DNA of 51,573 nucleotides from Promethearchaeota archaeon (GTDB lineage: Archaea > Asgardarchaeota > Lokiarchaeia > Sigyniarchaeales > SOKP01), in NCBI GenBank assembly GCA_008080735.1, contig SHMW01000022.1, positions 1 through 51,573 of the forward strand. Reading direction: 5' to 3'. Each line of letters begins with the position of its first letter. The stretch's first letter is position 1. The notes under the pieces are model-generated. The model worked only from the letters and a program-made list of their open reading frames with translations, searched no databases and was not told the origin of the DNA. Both the position numbers and the translations under genes were made by a program. Positions 39,301 through 48,257 of this stretch are shown here, one piece after another.

Positions 39301-39320
39301 ATGTAAAAAGCATTATACAT
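39301..39320. promoter_or_regulatory. Palindromic operator copy 1 (ATGTAA-N8-ATACAT)
   Basis: atgtaaaaagcattatacat; one-mismatch version of the arms at 39421. Confidence 0.5.
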
Positions 39321-39420
39321 CAAAATCTATTTCCTGAGCAATCCTATTCAAAAAAATTTTCAATAAGACATGATTTCAAAAAAATCAAAAGTTTTAAATA
39401 TTAGGATGATTAATTATTAC

Positions 39421-39440
39421 ATGTAATACAAACTTTACAT
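39421..39440. promoter_or_regulatory. Palindromic operator copy 2 (ATGTAA-N8-TTACAT), candidate XRE-HTH site
   Basis: atgtaatacaaactttacat, downstream of TATA-like TTTTAAATA (about 39392) and 13 nt before the ATG of the HTH-containing gene. Confidence 0.6.
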
Positions 39441-39453
39441 AGATTGAAGAACC

Positions 39454-40272
39454 ATGAATGAACAAAAAAGTGATTTTGAAGGAAGAATAGATAAGAAATA
39501 CAAACCCAAAGTGCTTTTAAAAACCAATGTTGTAATGCTGGCAATCATAGGGTCTATATTACCGTTTTATCTGGTTTTTATATTTATTGAAAGTCAATTA
39601 ATGATGTTATGGATACTCTTAATTATTATCACAATCATAATTCCTTATGCAGTTGTGAAAATTGTAGCTAATTGGTATCTTAACCGCTATGTCGATTATT
39701 TCTCATATAGATTCGAAAAGGATAAGATTATCATTAACCATGGTGTTCTTACCAAAACGAGGGCAACAATACCTTACAGCCGCATTCAAAATATTAACAT
39801 TGTGAACGGAGTTTTCGATCGATTATACGATATTTATACCGTAAAAGTCCAAACCGCGGGGAGTAGCGCTCCAGCTCAAGGACAAGGAGGGGCTGGTAGA
39901 CCAGAAGGATATATTCCTGGACTTAGAAATCCGGAAATTGTTGAAAAAAAGATCAATGAGATGATAACCGAGTATGCTGGCATTCCTAGTGGGCTTGAAG
40001 ATAAGGTGTTTAAACCTGAGGAATTGGCTTTTGATAACTTCATCAGCTATGTCTTATCTAAAATGCGTCAAGGAGATCGTTTAAAGACCTCAATATCGGA
40101 GTTAAGAGAGGATCAAGGATTATCCCAAGCACAATTAGCAGAAAAGGTCGGTGTACCTTCTCAAACCATCGAATATCTTGAAGAAGGTAGGTATAGCCCA
40201 AGTTTATTGCTCGCGTATAATATCGCAGAAGCACTCAATTGTAAAATCGAAGAACTTTTTAAAGTATCATAA
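39454..40272 (+). CDS. 2-TM + bacterial PH (bPH_2/YdbS-like) domain fused to C-terminal XRE HTH
   Basis: Y...IIINHGVLTK..ATIPYSRIQNI....GVFDRLY.I.TVKVQTAGS...IPGL; C-terminal LREDQGLSQAQLAEKVGV...E.GRYSPSL.LA..IA. Confidence 0.88.
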   Translation: MNEQKSDFEGRIDKKYKPKVLLKTNVVMLAIIGSILPFYLVFIFIESQLMMLWILLIIITIIIPYAVVKIVANWYLNRYVDYFSYRFEKDKIIINHGVLTKTRATIPYSRIQNINIVNGVFDRLYDIYTVKVQTAGSSAPAQGQGGAGRPEGYIPGLRNPEIVEKKINEMITEYAGIPSGLEDKVFKPEELAFDNFISYVLSKMRQGDRLKTSISELREDQGLSQAQLAEKVGVPSQTIEYLEEGRYSPSLLLAYNIAEALNCKIEELFKVS

Positions 40273-40343
40273 CTAATTCAATTTTATTTTTTTTATGTTT
40301 GGTTTTATTTATAAAAATACTAAATTTATAGATATATGTTATA

Positions 40344-40769
40344 ATGGGTGGGATAGGCATCAAGTTTAAGAAAATCATTAAGTCCAGAGTAAGAGAAAAG
40401 CGAGAAGAAATGGATTTAACACAACAAGAATTAGGAGATTTGGTAGGGGTGTCCCGGCAAACAATATACTATATTGAAAAAGGAGATTATAACCCATCCC
40501 TCATATTAGCATTTAAAATCTCAGATGTATTGAAAACACCCGTGAACAGCTTATTCTATCGTGAACCGATAATTAAAGATAAAGTGGAATCTTTATCTAT
40601 AAAGGAAATGAAGGAAATTGCTGAAGATTTAAAGATGAACCAAGAAAGGATAGTCTCCCTAAGCGAAATAGATGAGGGAGAGCTTCTAAAAGAATTTGAA
40701 AAGAATGAGTTGGGAAATATCGCCCAAAAATTAGGATATTCATTTGATGATCTATTCCAAGAGGATTAA
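40344..40769 (+). CDS. XRE-family HTH transcriptional regulator with extra C-terminal helical domain
   Basis: REEMDLTQQELGDLVGVSRQTIYYIEKGDYNPSLILAFKIS. Confidence 0.9.
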   Translation: MGGIGIKFKKIIKSRVREKREEMDLTQQELGDLVGVSRQTIYYIEKGDYNPSLILAFKISDVLKTPVNSLFYREPIIKDKVESLSIKEMKEIAEDLKMNQERIVSLSEIDEGELLKEFEKNELGNIAQKLGYSFDDLFQED

Positions 40770-40771
40770 AT

Positions 40772-41515
40772 TCATCTGCTTAACTTTTTAAGCCAATTAT
40801 CATTAGTTTTGAGTTGTTCATATACTCCTATATCCCCTAAATCCGCCCTGAATTCCTCTTTCTTCATCTTGATTATTCGCACCTTCCACTCGAGATTTTC
40901 GATTCCATAGCAAATAGCATCTGGAATTTCGAGTTCGCCTCGCTCCGAGGGTTCTATTTCTCTTAATATGTCAAATATTTCTGTGGATAAAATAAAGATG
41001 CCACAATTATTCAAATCCGTCCCTTTTAGATCTGAAGGCGGTTTTTCAACCATTTTTGTACAATATTTACCCTTACAGAATATAGCGCACCCTTTTTGAA
41101 GGTCTTTTAAATGATTAGTGACTAATATAAAGTCTTCTTTATCACTTTGATAAGTGGAATAGACATCTTTATATGTGTTATAAGGGACCAAAATATCTCC
41201 CCATGTTAGGAAAAAATGATGCTTATATATCAGCTCTTCACATAAGAGGGCAGCTCCACCCGTTCCATTCAATTTATTTTGCTCTACATACTCAATGGAT
41301 ATGTCCCATTGAGCACCATCTTCAAAATATTCAATTATCTGTTGCTTTTGATAACCCACCACAAGTATGATATTTCTGAACCCCGCAAATTTCAATCCTT
41401 CTATGATATATTCCAAGATTGGCTTTCCATGAATTGGTAACATCGCTTTCTGGTTTGTATATGTATATGGTTGCATTCTGGTACCATAACCCGCACAAAG
41501 CACGATTGCTTTCAA
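40772..41515 (-). CDS. Sugar-phosphate nucleotidyltransferase
   Basis: AIVLCAGYGTRM...QKAMLP, GTGGA, WGD, VEKP, SERGELEI. Confidence 0.92.
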   Translation of the reverse strand: MKAIVLCAGYGTRMQPYTYTNQKAMLPIHGKPILEYIIEGLKFAGFRNIILVVGYQKQQIIEYFEDGAQWDISIEYVEQNKLNGTGGAALLCEELIYKHHFFLTWGDILVPYNTYKDVYSTYQSDKEDFILVTNHLKDLQKGCAIFCKGKYCTKMVEKPPSDLKGTDLNNCGIFILSTEIFDILREIEPSERGELEIPDAICYGIENLEWKVRIIKMKKEEFRADLGDIGVYEQLKTNDNWLKKLSR

Positions 41516-42618
41516 TAAGTTTTAACCCCCGCAACCGTTGAAATTTTATAAGGAATCCCAGCAGATTGTTGAATTGCCCTCGTGATATCTTTTTGTTGAC
41601 CAATACCGAATGCAAAGATGGTTCCTCCAAATCCAGAACCATTAATCTTTGCACCTAATGCTCCAGCATCTATGCAATGTCTAATCATTTTGTCAATTTT
41701 CTTTGTGGTTATTCCTATATTATGCTGTAATTGAGCTTGATGCTTATTTATCAAAACACCTAATTTCTTATAAAATTGATTTATTTGATTGTGATTTTGA
41801 TTTTGCTCTTTTAAATAGTGAAGATATTTCTCAAGGTGTTGTTTTGCCCGAATTGTAATATCTCTGTTGATAAGATTTCCTATAATTTTTTTTCTATATC
41901 TTTCTTTGATGCTTTCTAAGTGTTCTTTGATATCTATAAGTTTTGTAGTGAATTTATTGAATTGAGGCAATATTTCACCAACGACTTCAAATGCTCGAAG
42001 AGAGTCTTCTTTAATTCTTTTTAAGTCTTCAACGGTTTTCTTTTTCTGCAAAGAATGGCCCAAAATGAATCCTGGAAGTTGTATTCTATATAATCGCTTG
42101 TGTAAATTTCTTTTTTGAGAATTAAGAAATAAGACATGACCAAAAACAGCGTTGTAGAAATCCATATATCCCCCCGCCTCCTTGAATTCCTTGACCTCTG
42201 TATTAAACCCTTCTAATGCCAATTCTCTCTTATTTAATGGACGATTCGAAATTAGATTAAGAAAATATAACCAAGCAACTACTAAAGCGGAAGAGCTGGC
42301 AGCCCCCGCATTAATAGGGATATCTCCATTGATTTCTATATCAAATCCTTGTTGGAATTTGATACCTCTTCTAATAAATTGATTATATCCACTAAGTAGA
42401 TAGTCTCTATCGGATTCATATGCTAATTGTCTATTTTTGAGGGGAATTTCCAAATCTCTATTAAAATCGGATAATTGAATAGAAAATCTTTTTAGATTAC
42501 TTTTTTTGGCTTTTAAATAGATAAATTTAGAGATCGCCATAGAAATAGTAGGATATCCCAAATAATCTTGGTGTTCTCCAAATAAACATATCCTTCCTGG
42601 GGATTTAATTCGTATCAT
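41512..42618 (-). CDS. GHMP kinase, galactokinase-like
   Basis: SPGRICLFGEHQDY, PINAGAASSSA, GYMD, GAKINGSGFGG; 4-bp overlap with the nucleotidyltransferase; likely ATG 42618. Confidence 0.9.
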   Translation of the reverse strand: MIRIKSPGRICLFGEHQDYLGYPTISMAISKFIYLKAKKSNLKRFSIQLSDFNRDLEIPLKNRQLAYESDRDYLLSGYNQFIRRGIKFQQGFDIEINGDIPINAGAASSSALVVAWLYFLNLISNRPLNKRELALEGFNTEVKEFKEAGGYMDFYNAVFGHVLFLNSQKRNLHKRLYRIQLPGFILGHSLQKKKTVEDLKRIKEDSLRAFEVVGEILPQFNKFTTKLIDIKEHLESIKERYRKKIIGNLINRDITIRAKQHLEKYLHYLKEQNQNHNQINQFYKKLGVLINKHQAQLQHNIGITTKKIDKMIRHCIDAGALGAKINGSGFGGTIFAFGIGQQKDITRAIQQSAGIPYKISTVAGVKTY

Positions 42619-42802
42619 ATAAAGTATTAAATGTCTGTTTAGATGGATATTAATCACTAATAGTATGACAAGAAGATAATATAGGGATAATATAAAGGAA
42701 TAAAATTTTTCGAATTTCTTTTTTATGTGTTCAATTGAATAGAATAGCTAAGTATGATTTTTAATATTTTTCAATAATAGCAGGAATTCTTTTGTCTAAA
42801 CC

Positions 42803-43588
42803 ATGATCCGAGATGTATTGATAATTAAGGACGGTCTACCAATGTTTTCAAAGAATTTTACTGATAGAAAAAATTTCATCTCTGATCAAAGTAATTTAAT
42901 TCTTGTATCGGGTTTTCTCTCAGCCTTGAATTCTTTTTCTGAAGAATTTGAAGACCTTGGTTCTATTAAGGAACTAAAATTATCTCAATCTAACTTTCGC
43001 TTAGCTTTTCTGAAAGATAATTCAATTCCAAACTTAATATATTTAGCATCTTTTGATGAGGAGACGAATAGTGTAAATGTCGAGCGATTTTTAAAAAAGA
43101 TGTCACACAAGTTTCTTAAGAAGTATACCATCAATAAGATAGTCGATTGGGATGGTAGATCTGAAATATTTGAATCATTTACAGAGACAGTCAAAAATTA
43201 TATAGAAAAGGAATCAGATCCGAATAAGCAAGGTTCGGAAGATGAAATAGTTAATTTATTTAAAGAAATACAAAATAATATAGAGGAAATCTCAGAGAAG
43301 GATCTTAAAATGAGAAATTTATCACAACCTACAGAAAAGAATGTCGATTCCATTTTTCAGAGGATTATCCCAATCTCAGAAATTTCCGAAGATTTTAATC
43401 CCGAATTTTATTTAACAGGAGACATATCAAAGAAAGTACTTAAAAATATTGATGGAAGAAAATCTATTTATGCATTATCAAAAGAACTGAACCTAACAGA
43501 AGAAAAGATCTATAATATATGTAAAAACTTAGTTAAATTGGGATTTCTCAGATTAAAAGAAGTTCAACTCCTCACAAAATCAGAATAA
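42803..43588 (+). CDS. Longin-like domain + C-terminal winged helix (NPRL2/NPR2-like architecture)
   Basis: N-terminal IIKDGLPMF...LVSGFLSALNSFS...FLKKY...F..F; C-terminal IIP...VLKNIDGRKSI..LS.EL......I..L.KLGFL. Confidence 0.65.
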   Translation: MIRDVLIIKDGLPMFSKNFTDRKNFISDQSNLILVSGFLSALNSFSEEFEDLGSIKELKLSQSNFRLAFLKDNSIPNLIYLASFDEETNSVNVERFLKKMSHKFLKKYTINKIVDWDGRSEIFESFTETVKNYIEKESDPNKQGSEDEIVNLFKEIQNNIEEISEKDLKMRNLSQPTEKNVDSIFQRIIPISEISEDFNPEFYLTGDISKKVLKNIDGRKSIYALSKELNLTEEKIYNICKNLVKLGFLRLKEVQLLTKSE

Positions 43589-43598
43589 GGAATTTGCT

Positions 43599-43874
43599 TT
43601 ACTTTTTCTTTTCTTCACGTGCAACTTGTTCTTGAAGTTTTTTCATTTCATTTTTATCAATTGCAGTGAATTTAAATTCTCCCGAAACTTTGCTATCTTC
43701 TTTTTCCCCAGATTTAGAAACTTTTTCAAAATAAATCTTAACAGGATTGTCTTGATTTATGCAGAGATTTACAAAGTTGATAAATCCAATATGTTGAGAA
43801 GGTGCAATATTGAATTTAATCGCAACTTCTTTATTTTTTTTCGTTGTTGTCTTTAAAACCAGCCGTAATTTCAT
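43599..43874 (-). CDS. Small basic hypothetical protein
   Basis: 91-aa ORF with ATG start and upstream TATA-like element. Confidence 0.65.
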   Translation of the reverse strand: MKLRLVLKTTTKKNKEVAIKFNIAPSQHIGFINFVNLCINQDNPVKIYFEKVSKSGEKEDSKVSGEFKFTAIDKNEMKKLQEQVAREEKKK

Positions 43875-44043
43875 AATTCTTTATATGTTTGAATTATTCT
43901 GTTAATCTAAAATATTTATAATGATAAAAAAATTTCCTTCTTTTTTCACAAAATCTAATTTCCCAAAATTTAGATTAAAATTTACATTAGTTTATTTTAA
44001 TTGGAAAAACACCTAAATGGAATGATTAGAAATAATTATAAAA

Positions 44044-44673
44044 ATGCCCTCAAAATATCGTTTAAGATATGTTTTTAAGCCGGTTATTCAGGCATTATCT
44101 CGACCTTTAGCAAAGATTGGAATAAGTGCGAATGTTGCTACCTTAATCATGCTCTTCCATTCAATCGTTAGTTTTGTTTTCTTAGTATTTTTAGAAAATC
44201 TTATTCTATTCGGTATTTTTGTCTTTTTGACGGGTATTTGGGATGGACTTGATGGAGCTATTGCGAGGGTAAATAAAAAGTCAGGTGAATTCGGTGGTTT
44301 TTTTGATTCTTTTATGGATAGAATATCAGAATTTGTGATTTTTACCGCCTTATTATTATATTTCTGGGAGGAAGTGCTATGGAATAGCATTGATATGAAG
44401 CTAGTAGTATTTATTATGCTTATGGCTTCAATAATGATTAGCTATTCAAGAGCCCGAGCGGAGACAATATCAGACGGAGATTTTGATATTGGTCTCATGG
44501 CGCGCTCTGAGAGATTGTTTTATCTTTTTTTAACAATGAGTCTATCATATTTCATTGGATATGAAAAATATTTTATCTTTTTATTTATGATTTTAGTAAG
44601 TCTAACTGCTCTTTACAGAGGAATTAAGATTTACTCAATAATTAAACATGAATCTCACAATGAATTGGGATAA
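44044..44673 (+). CDS. CDP-alcohol phosphatidyltransferase (archaetidylinositol-phosphate synthase-like)
   Basis: DGLDGAIAR...GGFFDSFMDR signature; SYSRARAE, GLMARSER. Confidence 0.92.
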   Translation: MPSKYRLRYVFKPVIQALSRPLAKIGISANVATLIMLFHSIVSFVFLVFLENLILFGIFVFLTGIWDGLDGAIARVNKKSGEFGGFFDSFMDRISEFVIFTALLLYFWEEVLWNSIDMKLVVFIMLMASIMISYSRARAETISDGDFDIGLMARSERLFYLFLTMSLSYFIGYEKYFIFLFMILVSLTALYRGIKIYSIIKHESHNELG

Positions 44674-44681
44674 GATAAGAA

Positions 44682-45404
44682 TTAGCATTCATTAATTCGG
44701 TTTAATTTTAATACCATTTTATCACCATCTTTCAAGTTAAAATAATCTCGTAAATAAGGTTTTGCTAGGATTTCGATGATATTTTCTTTATGGTGTGTTC
44801 TTTTTATATCCAAAATAGCAGCTTTTCTTTTGTTTTTTCGATTTAATAAGGGAGATATATAAACATCATAACAATGAACATCACCATATTCCCGCTCCAT
44901 GGTCTTAAATCCTTCAATAACTACGGGATCAATTTGATTTATCAATTCTCTTAAGATTTTATTATCTGTTTCATTTAATTTCAAATTCAATGTTCCTTTA
45001 TATGGTTCAAATCCAAGTTTTTCTTTAAATTGCTTATAATATCCTTTAATCGAAACATAATATCCCCCTTCTCCCATACCTTCTGTAACTTCTCCAACGA
45101 TAAGAATTTTTTCGAGAATGTCTCGGAGATTTTCATACATTTTAAATAATTCATTTATCCCTCGATCTGTTATCGAAATATATTGACCTTTTGCTCCAAC
45201 CTCTCTTTTGATCCATTTTAATTCCTCAAGATCATTCAGACGACGGCTAGCAGTTTGTTGACTTACATTGAGCAATTTTCCTAACTCAATACTGCTTATT
45301 TCTAATGAAAGGGTATCTTCGGAACATTTTGAAAGCATATATAGAGCAAACCAATTAGAATAATTCTCTGGTGCGATTTCGGTATTATTAGGCATGATAA
45401 TCAA
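44682..45404 (-). CDS. ribK: CTP-dependent riboflavin kinase with N-terminal wHTH (RbkR-type)
   Basis: SQQTASRRL HTH; GMGEGGYY, PYKGTLNL, RTHH, LRDYFNLKDGD. Confidence 0.93.
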   Translation of the reverse strand: MIIMPNNTEIAPENYSNWFALYMLSKCSEDTLSLEISSIELGKLLNVSQQTASRRLNDLEELKWIKREVGAKGQYISITDRGINELFKMYENLRDILEKILIVGEVTEGMGEGGYYVSIKGYYKQFKEKLGFEPYKGTLNLKLNETDNKILRELINQIDPVVIEGFKTMEREYGDVHCYDVYISPLLNRKNKRKAAILDIKRTHHKENIIEILAKPYLRDYFNLKDGDKMVLKLNRINEC

Positions 45405-45850
45405 TCTTTATTATTCTTATATCTTTTTACAATCTTTTCTTTAATTTTACTTGAGCTATTTAATTCATATTTGTCATAGTATTCATTAAGACGGGTTACC
45501 TCGATATTTCCAAGTCCAATCTTTGCTAAACCTTCTTTTAACTCTTCAATATCATATTTCTGGTCGGGTCCCAAGAGAATTATATCTGGGTCAATCTCTG
45601 CCACTGTCTTAAGGGTATTATTATCCTCCCTGCCTAAGCGCGCTTCTGTTACATTGTTAATACTTTTTATAACTTCTAATCTCTGTTCTTCGGGAACTAT
45701 GGGAGCATCTCCAGAATACTTTTCTCTGTTTCTATCAGTTGCTACAATTACATAGACTTCTCCCATTTTTGCCGCTTGATTAATCAGAAAGATATGTCCA
45801 GGATGGATTATGTCAAAAGTACCAGCGATCATAACTCTTTTTTTATTCAT
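45401..45850 (-). CDS. ribL: Archaeal FAD synthase (cytidylyltransferase family)
   Basis: GTFDIIHPGH, QRLEV, PDIILLGPDQ, SSSKIK; 4-bp overlap with ribK. Confidence 0.88.
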   Translation of the reverse strand: MNKKRVMIAGTFDIIHPGHIFLINQAAKMGEVYVIVATDRNREKYSGDAPIVPEEQRLEVIKSINNVTEARLGREDNNTLKTVAEIDPDIILLGPDQKYDIEELKEGLAKIGLGNIEVTRLNEYYDKYELNSSSKIKEKIVKRYKNNKD

Positions 45851-45866
45851 AATTCCCTTTTACTCA

Positions 45867-47429
45867 TTAATCGTTTTTAATTTTGAATGAAAGTCCTAAA
45901 AAAACGGGTCCTCTTATATCAATTTTTTTCTGGTTTGAATGGATATATTCCATTATAATATCATCCACATCAATATTAACTTCTGAGGCTCGATAGCACA
46001 TTTTTACTCGATGATCATAGGATGTTTTATTTTGATCAAGGAGAATTTCGATATTATATGCCATTTCATTGGCTATTCCTTCGAGATATGTCTTCCCGGT
46101 GAATATCGCATCTTCTGGAGTCTCATTTGGAGGGAATCCAAGTATATTTCCATTTTTTATCCAAATCTTATTCAATGTTGCGGGTCCTAATAAGGAAACA
46201 CCTTCATCATGTTCCCAGATATGTACTTCAATTTTTTTTCCCTTTAAATTTCCATCCCATACTTTTATATCGAGTGGGGATGATTTATCTTGATTTTCTA
46301 AGGCAGATTCGATGATTGCATTCTTTATTTCAATCCCTTTTTCAGTTGAAGGAATATTTTTATATTTGATACCTTTTGCGATTTCTTGATCTGTGAAAGA
46401 AATGTCTTCATAAAAATAAGGATAGACAAGTTTTCTTATATCTTCTATACCTGTTTTAATCATACATATTCTTTCAACACCAAAACCTATATTAAATACA
46501 GGATATTCAATATTATATTTAGATAAACTAACTGGACTATAAAATCCCCCATCTCCAATTTCAATCCATTCTTTTGTAGTAGGATGTTCCACAAATATTT
46601 CAAATTCGGTTTGAGGAGCATAATATTTAGAGGTGGCCCTTTTTATCTCTGCTTTACTATTAGAAAATCCTAATAACTCACAGATTTCCATAGCAATACC
46701 CTTACAATCTTCCAAGGATATCTTTTCTGACATTACCACTAATGAGAGCGTATAGGAATCATAAAGATGCGTCGCATCTATTTTTTGTTCTCTTCTGAAT
46801 TTTTTTGCTACAGAGAAATATTGTAAAGGAAGTGGTTTTTTCTTTTTAAGCTCACTAAGCACCTTAAACCATAAAGCAGTTGTATGGCTTCGAAGTGTGG
46901 TCTTTGTCGGAATGGGTTTTAATTGTTTTAATTCTGGAAATAGATTATCGATAATTTTCGTGGCTTCGTTCTCCTTTATTTCTAGTTGTACAATAAATTC
47001 ATCTATTAAATCATCTGCTTCTATATCTCCCTTTTTATAATCTCGAAAGATTTCTTGTAACTGTTCAATTTTATTAAAATGTGGGATTATTTTCTTAATA
47101 TTTTGAATTTTTTGGTTAGAAATCCCAATATCGGGTCGCGGAAGTCCTGCTAAATAGAATAATCGATCTAGGATTAATGCTGCTTCTGGACCGTATTGCT
47201 TGTAAATTTCATCTTCTTCTACGAACATTGGTAGAATAAGTTCCTCGAAACCCAAATTAATAAAGGTTTTTCGCGCTTCAGCGATAAATTCCTGAATTGG
47301 ATGTCCATCTCCTTTTTTCTGAAGAGTGAAATATTTTCCCTTTATATCTAATAGATCCCTAGATTCTAACCACGCTTTTTCATAGTCAAGTTTAGCTTTT
47401 CGTTTTATCTCATCAGTATCAAAAGGCAT
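45867..47429 (-). CDS. sepS: O-phosphoserine--tRNA(Cys) ligase (SepRS)
   Basis: YKQYGPEA..LDR.FYLAGLPRPDIG, TLRSHTT, FRREQ..DATHL, SKYY, PVFNIGFGVER, KIDIRGPVF. Confidence 0.95.
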   Translation of the reverse strand: MPFDTDEIKRKAKLDYEKAWLESRDLLDIKGKYFTLQKKGDGHPIQEFIAEARKTFINLGFEELILPMFVEEDEIYKQYGPEAALILDRLFYLAGLPRPDIGISNQKIQNIKKIIPHFNKIEQLQEIFRDYKKGDIEADDLIDEFIVQLEIKENEATKIIDNLFPELKQLKPIPTKTTLRSHTTALWFKVLSELKKKKPLPLQYFSVAKKFRREQKIDATHLYDSYTLSLVVMSEKISLEDCKGIAMEICELLGFSNSKAEIKRATSKYYAPQTEFEIFVEHPTTKEWIEIGDGGFYSPVSLSKYNIEYPVFNIGFGVERICMIKTGIEDIRKLVYPYFYEDISFTDQEIAKGIKYKNIPSTEKGIEIKNAIIESALENQDKSSPLDIKVWDGNLKGKKIEVHIWEHDEGVSLLGPATLNKIWIKNGNILGFPPNETPEDAIFTGKTYLEGIANEMAYNIEILLDQNKTSYDHRVKMCYRASEVNIDVDDIIMEYIHSNQKKIDIRGPVFLGLSFKIKND

Positions 47430-47572
47430 AGTAAATAGTATTAAAATAATATTCTTTAAGTTCTTTAATTATTCTAATTTCTTTAAGTTTGTTATGTGAA
47501 ATACAAACAAATTAGGGTGTCTTATAGAGCTTTTTTATAGAATTCTGCCGATTATTACAAAATTTAACGGTC

Positions 47573-48199
47573 TTATAGATCTTCATTTCTACCCTTTAAT
47601 AGGGAAGATAAGGTATTCATTTGAACTGATAAGGACACATCTGCGCGAGTTTTTTCTATCAAGTTTCTCGCCGTATCTGTTTTGTGCCTTAGATCCTTGG
47701 TTAGTCCACTCGGATAATCCAATGAAAATAAATATGAATAAATCTCATCCATTTTTTCTAAGATTTTATTAATCTCATCCACATTGGAATTTCTAATATT
47801 ATCCAATACATGTCGTCTCAATTCTCCGACCACATCTGCCAAACCAAGAGAATAATGAAGGGCATCTACATTCAATTTAGTATGATCGGGAATGTTTTTA
47901 TCATTTATCAATGCATTCAGCACAATTGCTTCTACATATTCCTGTTCTGGGGTTTTAAGATATTTATATAGATAACCAGGACTTTCATTAATCACATTTC
48001 TCATATCATCCAAATCCTGTTCTATTCTCTCTATTTTTTTTGTATATTCATCAAAATTACTTCTATGTATCGATTTAATCGCATTGCTACATTCCCGTAT
48101 GATATTACGAGAAATTTTTAAAACCTCCTCCCTGTTTTCGTCCAAGGTATCTAATTCATCTGTTACTTTCTCGAAATTATCTTCTAACGTATCTTTCAA
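47573..48199 (-). CDS. Translin/TRAX (C3PO) family RNase
   Basis: REEVLKISR...AIKSIH, QEYVEA, LGLADVVGELRR, LRHKTD; TTG start. Confidence 0.88.
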   Translation of the reverse strand: MKDTLEDNFEKVTDELDTLDENREEVLKISRNIIRECSNAIKSIHRSNFDEYTKKIERIEQDLDDMRNVINESPGYLYKYLKTPEQEYVEAIVLNALINDKNIPDHTKLNVDALHYSLGLADVVGELRRHVLDNIRNSNVDEINKILEKMDEIYSYLFSLDYPSGLTKDLRHKTDTARNLIEKTRADVSLSVQMNTLSSLLKGRNEDL

Positions 48200-48257
48200 A
48201 TTGTTTCCCTTTATGCGTAAAATTTTTTCTAACTATATATTTTTAGGTTTTTCTAAA

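Noticed and set aside
48084-48257. N-terminal extension of the 744-aa ThrRS ORF in the track
   Set aside because: Overlaps the translin gene antisense; the canonical archaeal ThrRS N-terminus MKILLIHSD begins at 48258
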